A stretch of 47,936 nt of DNA, taken from contig JAEEKN010000380.1 of NCBI GenBank assembly GCA_016282435.1, positions 1-47,936 on the forward strand, written 5' to 3'. A program made the position numbers and the translations under genes. The notes under the pieces were generated by a model, which made no database searches, was not told the DNA's origin, and saw only the letters and a program-made list of their open reading frames with translations. The stretch comes from Lachnospiraceae bacterium. Lineage in GTDB: Bacteria; Bacillota; Clostridia; Lachnospirales; Lachnospiraceae. Shown in pieces: positions 26,006 to 33,891 of the stretch (its first letter is position 1; every line of letters begins with the position of its first letter).

Positions 26006-27280
26006 ATGGAATATAGACCTAGAATTATAGACAATATATTAAAAAGAAAACTCGCCGGTATAGGAGCAGTGCTTATAGAAGGACCAAAACTATGCGGAAA
26101 AACGACATCGGCGGAACATATTGCGGAGAGTATTCTTTATATGGCAAAACCGGATGAGATGGAACAAAACATTAAGATAGCTGATTTAAAGCCAAGTTTG
26201 CTTCTTGACGGAAACACTCCGAGACTGATAGATGAATGGCAGGCTGCTCCAAAACTTTGGGATGCAGTAAGATTTGAAGTAGATCATCGAGGCAAAGTCG
26301 GACAGTTTATCCTGACCGGGTCAGCTGTACCTGCTAATCGCGATGACATATTTCATTCGGGCACAGGAAGAGTGGCTTGGTTAAAGATGAGAACAATGAG
26401 CCTTTTTGAGTCCGGTGAATCAGATGGATCAGTCAGCATGGCAGATCTGTTTTCAGGAGATAAAGATATAACTGCAAAGAATCCGATAGATGATATAGAA
26501 AACATAGCTTATCTTGTTGCCAGGGGTGGATGGCCTACTACACTTGAACTCGAGAAAGATCTGGCATTAGAGCATGTCTATGATTATATAAAGGCGGTCG
26601 AGGAAATTGATATATCAAGGGTAGACAATGTAAAAAGAGATAGTGAAAGAGCAAAGACTTTAATGAAAGTATATGCAAGATGCCAGGGTAATCAGGTAAC
26701 GGTTGAAGCAATAAAACAGGATATGCTAGCCAATGATTCTGACAGACTTGATACGGATACTGTTTTTTCATATATAAATGCATTAAAAAAGATATTTGTT
26801 ATAGAAGATATGCCGGCATGGAATCCAAATATAAGATCCAAAACAGCAATCCGTACATCAGATACCAGATATTTTACGGATCCATCCATAGCGGTAGCAG
26901 CGTTAGGATTAGGACCTAAGGATCTTGTATATGACCTGAAGACATTCGGTTTTATATTTGAGACGATGTGTGTACGTGACCTAAGAGTCTATGCAGATTC
27001 CTTGAATGGTCAAATATACCATTACAGAGATAAATCTGGTTTGGAATGTGATGCAGTAATTCATCTACGTGACGGAAAATATGGACTTATAGAGATAAAA
27101 CTGGGCGGAGATGATAGTATAGAGCATGGTGCAACCACACTTAAGGCATTGAAAAATAAAATTGATACAGATAAAATGAACCCTCCTTCGTTTTTAATGG
27201 TACTTGTAGGTAAAGGAACATATGCTTACAGGAGAGAGGATGGTGTATATGTGGTGCCGGTAGGTTGTTTGAGGGACTGA
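26006..27280 (+). CDS. AAA+ ATPase of the AAA_14/DUF4143 type
   Basis: Walker A GPKLCGKTT, Walker B-like RLIDEWQ, FILTGSA and RTMSLFE blocks, as in the widespread DUF4143 ATPases. ATG at 26006 is preferred over the track start at 25973. Confidence 0.75.
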   Translation: MEYRPRIIDNILKRKLAGIGAVLIEGPKLCGKTTSAEHIAESILYMAKPDEMEQNIKIADLKPSLLLDGNTPRLIDEWQAAPKLWDAVRFEVDHRGKVGQFILTGSAVPANRDDIFHSGTGRVAWLKMRTMSLFESGESDGSVSMADLFSGDKDITAKNPIDDIENIAYLVARGGWPTTLELEKDLALEHVYDYIKAVEEIDISRVDNVKRDSERAKTLMKVYARCQGNQVTVEAIKQDMLANDSDRLDTDTVFSYINALKKIFVIEDMPAWNPNIRSKTAIRTSDTRYFTDPSIAVAALGLGPKDLVYDLKTFGFIFETMCVRDLRVYADSLNGQIYHYRDKSGLECDAVIHLRDGKYGLIEIKLGGDDSIEHGATTLKALKNKIDTDKMNPPSFLMVLVGKGTYAYRREDGVYVVPVGCLRD

Positions 27281-27308
27281 TTCAAATAAAAAGATGAGCG
27301 TAAATAAG

Positions 27309-27337
27309 AAGTCGGGAAAAATAATCTCGGCTTTTTT
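27309..27337 (+). terminator. Terminator between the convergent ATPase and XRE genes
   Basis: AAGTCGGG / CTCGGCTT stem (two G-U pairs) followed by TTTT. Confidence 0.45.
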
Positions 27338-27625
27338 CTATGCTTTTGCGGATTCCTTTAAGTCATTTATTAAAGCTTGTATATGTAGGACCTGATTTGT
27401 TGAAAGACCAGATACATCGACGGTCTGCTGGTCATTGAGACCAAGTAAGAAATCTGCACTCACAGAAAAAGTAGTGGCAATTTTGATAAGCATATCTATA
27501 GAAGGTTGTATATTGTTGTTTTCCCAGTTACTGATACACTGTTTGCTGACGTTTAATTTATGCCCAAATTCCACTTGATTGATACCAAGTGATTCGCGGA
27601 GATACTTGATTCTTTCACTAAACAT
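27338..27625 (-). CDS. XRE-family helix-turn-helix transcriptional regulator
   Basis: IKYLRESLGINQVEFGHKLNVSKQCISNWENNNIQPSIDMLIKIA is a canonical Cro/CI-type HTH. Confidence 0.85.
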   Translation of the reverse strand: MFSERIKYLRESLGINQVEFGHKLNVSKQCISNWENNNIQPSIDMLIKIATTFSVSADFLLGLNDQQTVDVSGLSTNQVLHIQALINDLKESAKA

Positions 27626-27673
27626 ATTATATTCCTCTGAGACAAATATTTGAATACAATTGTAAAAAATAAA

Positions 27674-27702
27674 TTGACACTGACAAAATACTATAGTATA
27701 CT
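27674..27702 (+). promoter_or_regulatory. Promoter of the PPC-repeat gene
   Basis: TTGACA (27674-27679), 17-nt spacer, TATACT (27697-27702). Confidence 0.55.
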
Positions 27703-27777
27703 GATATTTGACCCGAATCTTATGTGATAAATTGAGACATGATTTAGGTAGTATAATGATAATGGAGGATATTTGTC

Positions 27778-28260
27778 ATGAGAAAATTATCTTTAGTGTT
27801 TTTGGGAGTATTGGCATCAATGCTGCTTTTTATGATACCGAATAATAAGGTATCTGCAGACGACAATAATACTATTTTTAATGCAGTTGAGTTTACCAGT
27901 GAAAATCCTGCTACTGATGAACTTGAATCAGAGTCGGATATTGACTGGTTTAAATATACAGTAAATAGTAAAGGTACCATTTGTTTTTCTTTTATAAATA
28001 TGTCTGAAAAAGAAGCTCGATGGGATGTTACTATCTTTGATGAAAGTGGGCAGAATCAAATATGGAGCCAAAATACTGATTGGAGTGCTACATCTACTAT
28101 TTCTCCCTTGTATAGTTTTGCTAATGGAACTGTATTAACTTTTAGAATAAAAGATTGTAGTTCTGCAGAAGGATTAAGGTATCAATTATCTGCTATGATT
28201 GATGAGACAGGGGCTTGGTCTGAGGAGGATAATGGCAGTTATTTAAAGCAACTACTTTGA
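27778..28260 (+). CDS. Secreted PPC-like repeat protein, zero-frame product (signal peptide + module 1)
   Basis: GGAGG lies 9 nt before the ATG. Signal peptide MRKLSLVFLGVLASMLLFMIPNNKVSADD. One pre-peptidase-C-terminal-like module (SDIDWFKYTV...RWDVTIFDESG...TFRIKDCSS...YQLSA). Ends at TGA three codons after a T_TTA_AAG heptamer. Confidence 0.75.
   Translation: MRKLSLVFLGVLASMLLFMIPNNKVSADDNNTIFNAVEFTSENPATDELESESDIDWFKYTVNSKGTICFSFINMSEKEARWDVTIFDESGQNQIWSQNTDWSATSTISPLYSFANGTVLTFRIKDCSSAEGLRYQLSAMIDETGAWSEEDNGSYLKQLL
28242..28248 (+). other. X_XXY_YYZ slippery heptamer T_TTA_AAG at the junction of the two PPC-repeat ORFs
   Basis: Zero frame reads TAT TTA AAG CAA CTA CTT TGA. The -1 frame reads TTT AAA GCA ACT ACT TTG ACG and continues into ORF 28257-29222. 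Confidence 0.5.
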
Positions 28261-29222
28261 CGGATAAAAAGCCTCTTTTAGGTATAATTAATAGCGATTC
28301 AGAGGTTGACTGGTATAAATATACTGTTAATAGCACAAATCCATTTAAAATAGTTTTAGATAACATGAGTGAAAGTGATTTGAGATGGCGCTTTAGTATA
28401 TATGATAATGATGGATCTACATTACTTTGGGATAAGAATACAGATTGGTCTGTAGCATCAACCGCCTCATGTAATTTGATGTATGAAAAAGGTCATGAGT
28501 TATATATAAAAATAAATAATTGTAGCTCGTCCGAGAATAAAATATATCAAATAAAAATTATCATTGATAATAGTACTGGATGGGCAAAGGAAGATAATGG
28601 ATCTTCTGAGAAGGCATATAAGATTGATAGTACAAGTGATATAAAGGAATTCCTTGGACCCAATAATGATGTTGATTGGTATGTGTATTCTGCTAAGAAA
28701 AATGAAAAGATTGCTTTTGAGTTTTCAAATACTGAATCAGCTGATGGGCGATGGAATTTACGCTTTTATGAGGGGAATGTTGATAAAGTAATTGACGAAA
28801 CTAACCTTGATTGGAATGAATTTTCTTATAAATATGAGATTAATGCCACAAGAGGAACCCGGTATTATATATGTGTAAGTGACTGTTCTAGTTCTTATGA
28901 TAAAGTATATAAGTTGAGTGTTAGGGATTCTGTAGAACATACTTCGAAAGATAATGTAGAATCAGGTTCAGATGATGGTCAGGGTATCACATCACCATAT
29001 TCCATTCTTGCAGGTACAAATGTTGTAGTTGGTAAAGCAGATGCCGGCGCAAAGGTTAGTGTTAAATATGGAAAGAAGACCTATACAGCAACGGCGAATT
29101 CAGAGGGCATTTATCGTGTAAAGACAGCAAAGCTTAAGAAGGGAAAGAGTGTAACCATCTGGCAGACTGTTAATAAGCAGGATTCTGAGAAAGTGACCGT
29201 TAAGGTTGTTAACAAGTATTAA
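28257..29222 (+). CDS. Continuation of the PPC-like repeat protein (-1 frame): modules 2 and 3 plus a C-terminal Ig-like domain; not an independent gene
   Basis: No SD precedes the TTG at 28257, and there is no signal peptide. This frame is open from 28233. Two further modules (SEVDWYKYTV..., NDVDWYVYSA...) are homologous to module 1. Confidence 0.7.
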   Translation: MTDKKPLLGIINSDSEVDWYKYTVNSTNPFKIVLDNMSESDLRWRFSIYDNDGSTLLWDKNTDWSVASTASCNLMYEKGHELYIKINNCSSSENKIYQIKIIIDNSTGWAKEDNGSSEKAYKIDSTSDIKEFLGPNNDVDWYVYSAKKNEKIAFEFSNTESADGRWNLRFYEGNVDKVIDETNLDWNEFSYKYEINATRGTRYYICVSDCSSSYDKVYKLSVRDSVEHTSKDNVESGSDDGQGITSPYSILAGTNVVVGKADAGAKVSVKYGKKTYTATANSEGIYRVKTAKLKKGKSVTIWQTVNKQDSEKVTVKVVNKY

Positions 29223-29279
29223 TTAAAGAAGGCGTCCTATATTCTAGGTTCCTAGTGGGGGACTTTTGGAAAAAGAATT

Positions 29280-29330
29280 GGACATACCATTTGTTTTGAT
29301 ATCGTGGCGAATGGTATGTCCATTTATTTT
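29280..29330 (+). terminator. Rho-independent terminator after the PPC-repeat gene
   Basis: 12-bp stem GGACATACCATT (29280-29291) / AATGGTATGTCC (29310-29321) followed by ATTTATTTT. Confidence 0.75.
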
Positions 29331-29344
29331 GGATTCCTAACGTG

Positions 29345-29379
29345 AATAGGAAAGAAAATAGGGGTCTTCCTATTTTTTT
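29345..29379 (+). terminator. Second hairpin with a T-run
   Basis: AATAGGAA (29345-29352) / TTCCTATT (29367-29374) followed by TTTTT. Confidence 0.5.
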
Positions 29380-29520
29380 CCTGTAAGATAATAAACTGCC
29401 AGTGCGGTTCTGTGTGACAGGTCTTCAGCTACCACTTTTATGATGTCAAGTTTTCTGCCGGTATAGTCTTAAGCATCAAATCCGTATGAGAGATTATGTA
29501 CAGGCTAAGAAGAATCATAC
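29370..29520 (-). pseudogene. Relic of the 3' end of a LuxR/NarL-type response-regulator gene (paralogue of 36342-37028)
   Basis: The minus strand translates to ...DYTGRKLDIIKVVAEDLSHRTALAVYYLTGKK*, versus DYTDRELDIIKAVAEGLS[...]KEDLSHRTALAVYYLTGKK* in the intact gene. The HTH core is missing. In-frame TAA and TAG codons lie just upstream. The 60 nt at 29460-29519 match 36792-36851 at 46/60 positions (hand alignment). Confidence 0.75.
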
Positions 29521-29522
29521 TA

Positions 29523-30128
29523 TTATTTAAGATACAGTGACTTCCAGAAGTTGATAATCTGCTCATAATCAGATACCATTTTGTCGATATCAAGTTTTGA
29601 GTTTTGCTGCATACGCCATAAATAGCCCTCGGATGCCAGGTACATATCCTGATACATCATCTTTAGGTCCAATCCATCCTTGAACTTTGATGCGTCCAAG
29701 GGGGGCAAACTCGAATTTGTTTCCATTTTTGTATAAGGAGCAACTACCTTTTGAACATCCGCAGCAACCTCCGGGTCCTTTTCATAGTAAGCTTTGATTG
29801 TAAAATTACCCATATCGGGATACCTTTTCATCATATTTGCTTTTGCCAGTAAGCCTTTATACATGATGTCAAATATGTCATTACCGCGGTATGCTCCGGA
29901 TTGCATCAGGGTCTGTTTTGTTATCTCTTCGGCTTTTTTGAGCAGGAAAATATATAGTTCCTTTTTGTTTTTAAAGTAAAAGAACAGAAGGGACTTGCTG
30001 ATGCCTGCTTCTATCGCAATTTCGTTTACAGGACTCTTCTTATACGAATTCCGGGCAAACACCTTAAAGCCGGCGTTTATTATCAGGTTTTGCTTTTCCT
30101 CGGGGAGTGCATAAAATTTTTCGTTCAT
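29523..30128 (-). CDS. TetR/AcrR-family transcriptional regulator
   Basis: ATG at 30128 lies 6 nt after GGAGG; the track start at 30185 overlaps the permease gene. HTH block VNEIAIEAGISKSLLFFYFKNKKELY. Confidence 0.85.
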   Translation of the reverse strand: MNEKFYALPEEKQNLIINAGFKVFARNSYKKSPVNEIAIEAGISKSLLFFYFKNKKELYIFLLKKAEEITKQTLMQSGAYRGNDIFDIMYKGLLAKANMMKRYPDMGNFTIKAYYEKDPEVAADVQKVVAPYTKMETNSSLPPLDASKFKDGLDLKMMYQDMYLASEGYLWRMQQNSKLDIDKMVSDYEQIINFWKSLYLK

Positions 30129-30141
30129 TTTCGACCTCCGT

Positions 30142-30930
30142 TTATGAACTAATATCCTTCTTATTATAATGTATAAAAGCAACACATATGCCGGTCAGCA
30201 TCAGGACCATGCCCACAATCAGATACTCTGTTTTTAGTTTCCCGTCGTTTATGATATCAGCGCCTTCAGTATATCCGAATGGTGTTAAATATTTAAGAAT
30301 TCCGGCACTTTCGGAAATATTGGCTATGATGTTAAAGAAGTACATGAGAGCCGCTATACCGATTCCGATCCCGATGCCTGCCTTGCTTATAAACGCCGAA
30401 ATTCCGAAGCAGATACCCGCTATCTCGTACTGCATGAGTAGATATGCCAGATGGAAAAGGATCACTGTCTTCCAATCGATTTCTTCTCCTATTATGCAGA
30501 CAGCCGCTGCGGAGCATATGAAGACTGTAATGTTTAATATCAAAATTATAATATATACACCTGCCAGCTTTTCCGCTATAACTTTTATGCGTGAAACGGG
30601 ATGAGTAAAAAGGAATTCTGCGGTACGCTCTTTTTCTTCTTTCATCAAGGCGGATATAGCTATTATCGAGGCAAAAAACGCTCCGCCAATGCCCAGTATG
30701 TTGCCCCCTTCCACAGCATAAAAGCCGAGCAGAGTTCCAAAATTCAGCTTGTCCATCCCGAACGCTGCGGTAAAGCTGCCCATCGAGGAAAACATTTCAT
30801 TTATGCCATCCATTTCGGATTTCATCTCGGGATACATAAGGATACATATGGCTACCAGAAGACCTATGGATAGACTCCAGATCAATATGGACATTTTCTG
30901 CGATTTGATTTCGTGTTTTGTTATTATCAT
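30142..30930 (-). CDS. ABC-2 type transporter permease
   Basis: Six predicted TM segments, downstream of the ATPase gene. The ATG at 30930 follows GAGGTG. Confidence 0.75.
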   Translation of the reverse strand: MIITKHEIKSQKMSILIWSLSIGLLVAICILMYPEMKSEMDGINEMFSSMGSFTAAFGMDKLNFGTLLGFYAVEGGNILGIGGAFFASIIAISALMKEEKERTAEFLFTHPVSRIKVIAEKLAGVYIIILILNITVFICSAAAVCIIGEEIDWKTVILFHLAYLLMQYEIAGICFGISAFISKAGIGIGIGIAALMYFFNIIANISESAGILKYLTPFGYTEGADIINDGKLKTEYLIVGMVLMLTGICVAFIHYNKKDISS

Positions 30931-30963
30931 GATACACCTCATTTTTGATATGGTCAATTGTCT

Positions 30964-31785
30964 TTATTCATAATAATTCATAAAGATTTCTTCAAGACCG
31001 GGTTCCGTAATGGTTACGTCATTAAGAGTTTTCTTTGCCAGATCGGCTAACAGTTCATTGACATCCCCTTTAAACAGATATTCCTCGGTACCGTTGTCTG
31101 TTTTTACGGAAACCTTTTTTGCTCCGGTTTCTTCCAGTTTTTCTACTTTATCTGACATAATGATTTTACCGTCCTTTATAAATGCAGCAGTTTTGCAGTA
31201 GTTCTGGACTTCCGAAAGAATATGGGATGAAAAAAAGATGGTGGCACCTTTTTGGTTCTCTTCAAGCAGAATGTTAAAAAACTCTCTTTGCATCAACGGG
31301 TCCAGACCTGAAGTAGGTTCATCCAGGATAAGGAGTTTGGGACTGTGTTGCACAGCACATACTATACCTACCTTCTTCCTGTTTCCCAAAGAAAGTTCCT
31401 CTACCTTCTTATTTAAATCAAGGCCGAGTCTTTCGGTAAGATTTGAAGCACGGCTATCACATTTGACTTTTCTTAGCTCCGCCGAGTATTTTATGATATC
31501 CCGGACCTTCATACCACGGTAAAAGTTTATCTCTGAGGGAAGATATCCTGTTTCCGGTAATACTTTATCTTTCTCGTTTACGATGTCATATCCGAGAACT
31601 TTCGCTCCGCCCGATGTGGGTCTGATGAGCCCTAAAAGAGTTCGTATCGTTGTCGATTTTCCGGCTCCGTTGGGTCCGATGAAGCCAAAGAAATCACCTT
31701 CCTCTACTTTTAAATCCAGCTCGTTTATTCCTCGGTTTTTTCCGTAGGTTTTTGTTAGCTTGTCGGTTAATATCGCATAATTCAT
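30964..31785 (-). CDS. ABC transporter ATP-binding protein
   Basis: Walker A GPNGAGKST, signature LSLGNRKK, Walker B LLILDEPTSGLD. Confidence 0.9.
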   Translation of the reverse strand: MNYAILTDKLTKTYGKNRGINELDLKVEEGDFFGFIGPNGAGKSTTIRTLLGLIRPTSGGAKVLGYDIVNEKDKVLPETGYLPSEINFYRGMKVRDIIKYSAELRKVKCDSRASNLTERLGLDLNKKVEELSLGNRKKVGIVCAVQHSPKLLILDEPTSGLDPLMQREFFNILLEENQKGATIFFSSHILSEVQNYCKTAAFIKDGKIIMSDKVEKLEETGAKKVSVKTDNGTEEYLFKGDVNELLADLAKKTLNDVTITEPGLEEIFMNYYE

Positions 31786-31880
31786 AAAATTTCACCTCAC
31801 ATACTGTCATTGACCGCTCCGGTTAATAATTATTATATTCCATTGACCGTTTTTGTGAAGACCCCTTTAAAAAATTTTTT

Positions 31881-31896
31881 TATGACTTTAGTCATA
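31881..31896. promoter_or_regulatory. 16-bp perfect palindrome in the divergent intergenic region (candidate TetR operator)
   Basis: TATGACT-TT-AGTCATA. Lies between the divergent TetR-ABC and ABC-TCS operons. Confidence 0.35.
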
Positions 31897-32009
31897 TGAG
31901 TTTGTGTCTTTTTTCACTACAAAAATAAAAATCCGGGGTTTATAATGAGTGTGTCGACGAACAAAAGCAGCAAATCAAAAAATTGAAAATAGAAAGTGAG
32001 AAGGAACTG

Positions 32010-32762
32010 ATGAGTACTATTTTAAGAACAAAGGATTTAACAAAAAAATACGGAAGCAAGGTAGTTGTTGACAACCTGAATCTCGAAATCGAGGAAGGTG
32101 AAGTGTTTGGTCTCTTAGGACCTAACGGTGCCGGAAAGAGCACCACAATGAACATGATCTGCGATATCATAAAGCCTACTCTGGGAACCGTGGAGTTTAT
32201 GGGAAAAGATTTTAAGAAAAACAGAAAAGAGCTTCATTCCAAGCTCGGATATATACCCCAGGATCTGGCTATTCACGGAAGACTCAAGGCGTGGGAAAAT
32301 GTAGAACTGTTTACATCACTGTACGGGATAAAGGGACAGGAACTAAAGAAAAGAATAGATGAATCACTCGAATACGTAGGTCTTACCGAGAAAAGAAATG
32401 ATTATGCCAGGACATTTTCAGGCGGTATGAAGAGGAGACTGAACATAGCATGTGCCATAGGACATCATCCAAACCTCCTGATATTTGACGAACCCACAGT
32501 CGGCATCGATGCCCAATCCAGGAACTTCATAATGGAGAAGATCAAGGAATCGAACCGAAACGGAGCTACAGTGATCTATACCAGCCATTACATGGAGGAA
32601 GTAGAAGCAATATGCACCAGGATAGCCATCATGGATAACGGCAAGATCATAGCAACAGGAACCGTAGAGGAACTAAAGAAAATGGTAGTTGAAGACACTT
32701 CCAAGATATCTCTTGAAGAAGTGTTCCTGACACTCACCGGAAAGACACTGAGGGATTACTAA
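32010..32762 (+). CDS. ABC transporter ATP-binding protein
   Basis: Walker A GPNGAGKSTT, signature FSGGMKRRL, Walker B LLIFDEPTVGID. ATG at 32010 is preferred over the TTG at 31983. Confidence 0.9.
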   Translation: MSTILRTKDLTKKYGSKVVVDNLNLEIEEGEVFGLLGPNGAGKSTTMNMICDIIKPTLGTVEFMGKDFKKNRKELHSKLGYIPQDLAIHGRLKAWENVELFTSLYGIKGQELKKRIDESLEYVGLTEKRNDYARTFSGGMKRRLNIACAIGHHPNLLIFDEPTVGIDAQSRNFIMEKIKESNRNGATVIYTSHYMEEVEAICTRIAIMDNGKIIATGTVEELKKMVVEDTSKISLEEVFLTLTGKTLRDY

Positions 32763-32763
32763 G

Positions 32764-33891
32764 ATGATTAGATACTTGATTAAAAACAATTTCAAAATAA
32801 TGTTCAGAAGTGCCACGAACATTCTTATCCTGACATTAGCTCCCATAGTGGTAAGTGCAGTGCTTATAAGTGCTTTTTCTGCCATAATGGAGAAGTATCA
32901 GGAAACTGGCAACTTTAAGGTTGGATACAGTTATAACAGCGAGGAGACTCCGGCGGCAGTTATTGACGGGATAAGGGCTATTGCCGAAGAGCAGGGAATC
33001 TCATTTGTAGAATATAAAAATACGGAACCTAAAGATGCATTAGAAGATGATAAGCTTGCCGGTTTTGTGGATTTTGGAAAAGAAAGCTATACAGTATACA
33101 AAACGGATGAAGCTGAGGCGGAAAACCAACTTTTGGAATATATTCTTCATGCTTATTACGAGAACATGTCCATGGCAGTTTCGGGACAGATGGGACATGA
33201 GTCACAGCAGACTGCGGCTACAAAAGAAAGTGCCGGAGAAACGGGTGCGGAAAAAATACAGGTCCTGACCGGAGATTTCATGCCAGCGGTAGATTCTACA
33301 GATTATTACGGTATTATATATCTTGTATATTTTGGCTGGTGCTGTATAGTTTGCGGAGCGGGACTCTTTAACGCAGAGAAAAAATACGGCATAGAAAAAA
33401 GAGAGATGATGTCGGGAATATCGGAGCTTAAGGCCTATCTTTCCAAATTTGTTCCTTTAGCAGCTGTGACATGTGCAGGACTTTCAATCTACGGGGTCGC
33501 ATCGGTCGTAATATTTGGAGTTAACTGGGGAAATGCTTTTCTGTCAATCCTTATCATCATATTGGGGATAATGGCCGCTACAGCGTTGGGACTTATGGTG
33601 TATTCTCTGTGTGACAACATGGTAGTGACAGTAATAGTAGTGTTTATGCTGGTATGGTACTGGGGTTTTTCGGGAGGAAGCTTTGAAACATATATGTTCT
33701 CACAAATGCCTCAAATTTTGAAATCCCTCTCACCTATCTACTACGAAAACAGAGCTCTGATAGAGCTTTCATGTATGGGCAGTACAGATTATGTTATAAA
33801 AAGCATTGCTGTTTCAGGGGGTATGACGGTATTATTCTCAGGAATAGCGGTTTTGGTAAGCACTTTAAGAAGGAGAGGTGGAAAATCATGA
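32764..33891 (+). CDS. ABC-2 type permease 1
   Basis: N-terminal TM helix, a large external loop, and a C-terminal cluster of TM helices. Starts 1 nt after the ATPase stop. Confidence 0.8.
   Translation: MIRYLIKNNFKIMFRSATNILILTLAPIVVSAVLISAFSAIMEKYQETGNFKVGYSYNSEETPAAVIDGIRAIAEEQGISFVEYKNTEPKDALEDDKLAGFVDFGKESYTVYKTDEAEAENQLLEYILHAYYENMSMAVSGQMGHESQQTAATKESAGETGAEKIQVLTGDFMPAVDSTDYYGIIYLVYFGWCCIVCGAGLFNAEKKYGIEKREMMSGISELKAYLSKFVPLAAVTCAGLSIYGVASVVIFGVNWGNAFLSILIIILGIMAATALGLMVYSLCDNMVVTVIVVFMLVWYWGFSGGSFETYMFSQMPQILKSLSPIYYENRALIELSCMGSTDYVIKSIAVSGGMTVLFSGIAVLVSTLRRRGGKS

Noticed and set aside
25806-29522. Calling the AT-rich patch a mobile element or prophage remnant.
   Set aside because: I found no integrase, transposase, recombinase, terminal inverted repeats or flanking direct repeats. 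It is reported only as an accessory-looking region.
31824-31835. Perfect 12-bp palindrome TAATAATTATTA.
   Set aside because: It consists only of A and T in an AT-rich intergenic region, so it is expected by chance. The GC-containing palindrome at 31881-31896 is the better operator candidate.
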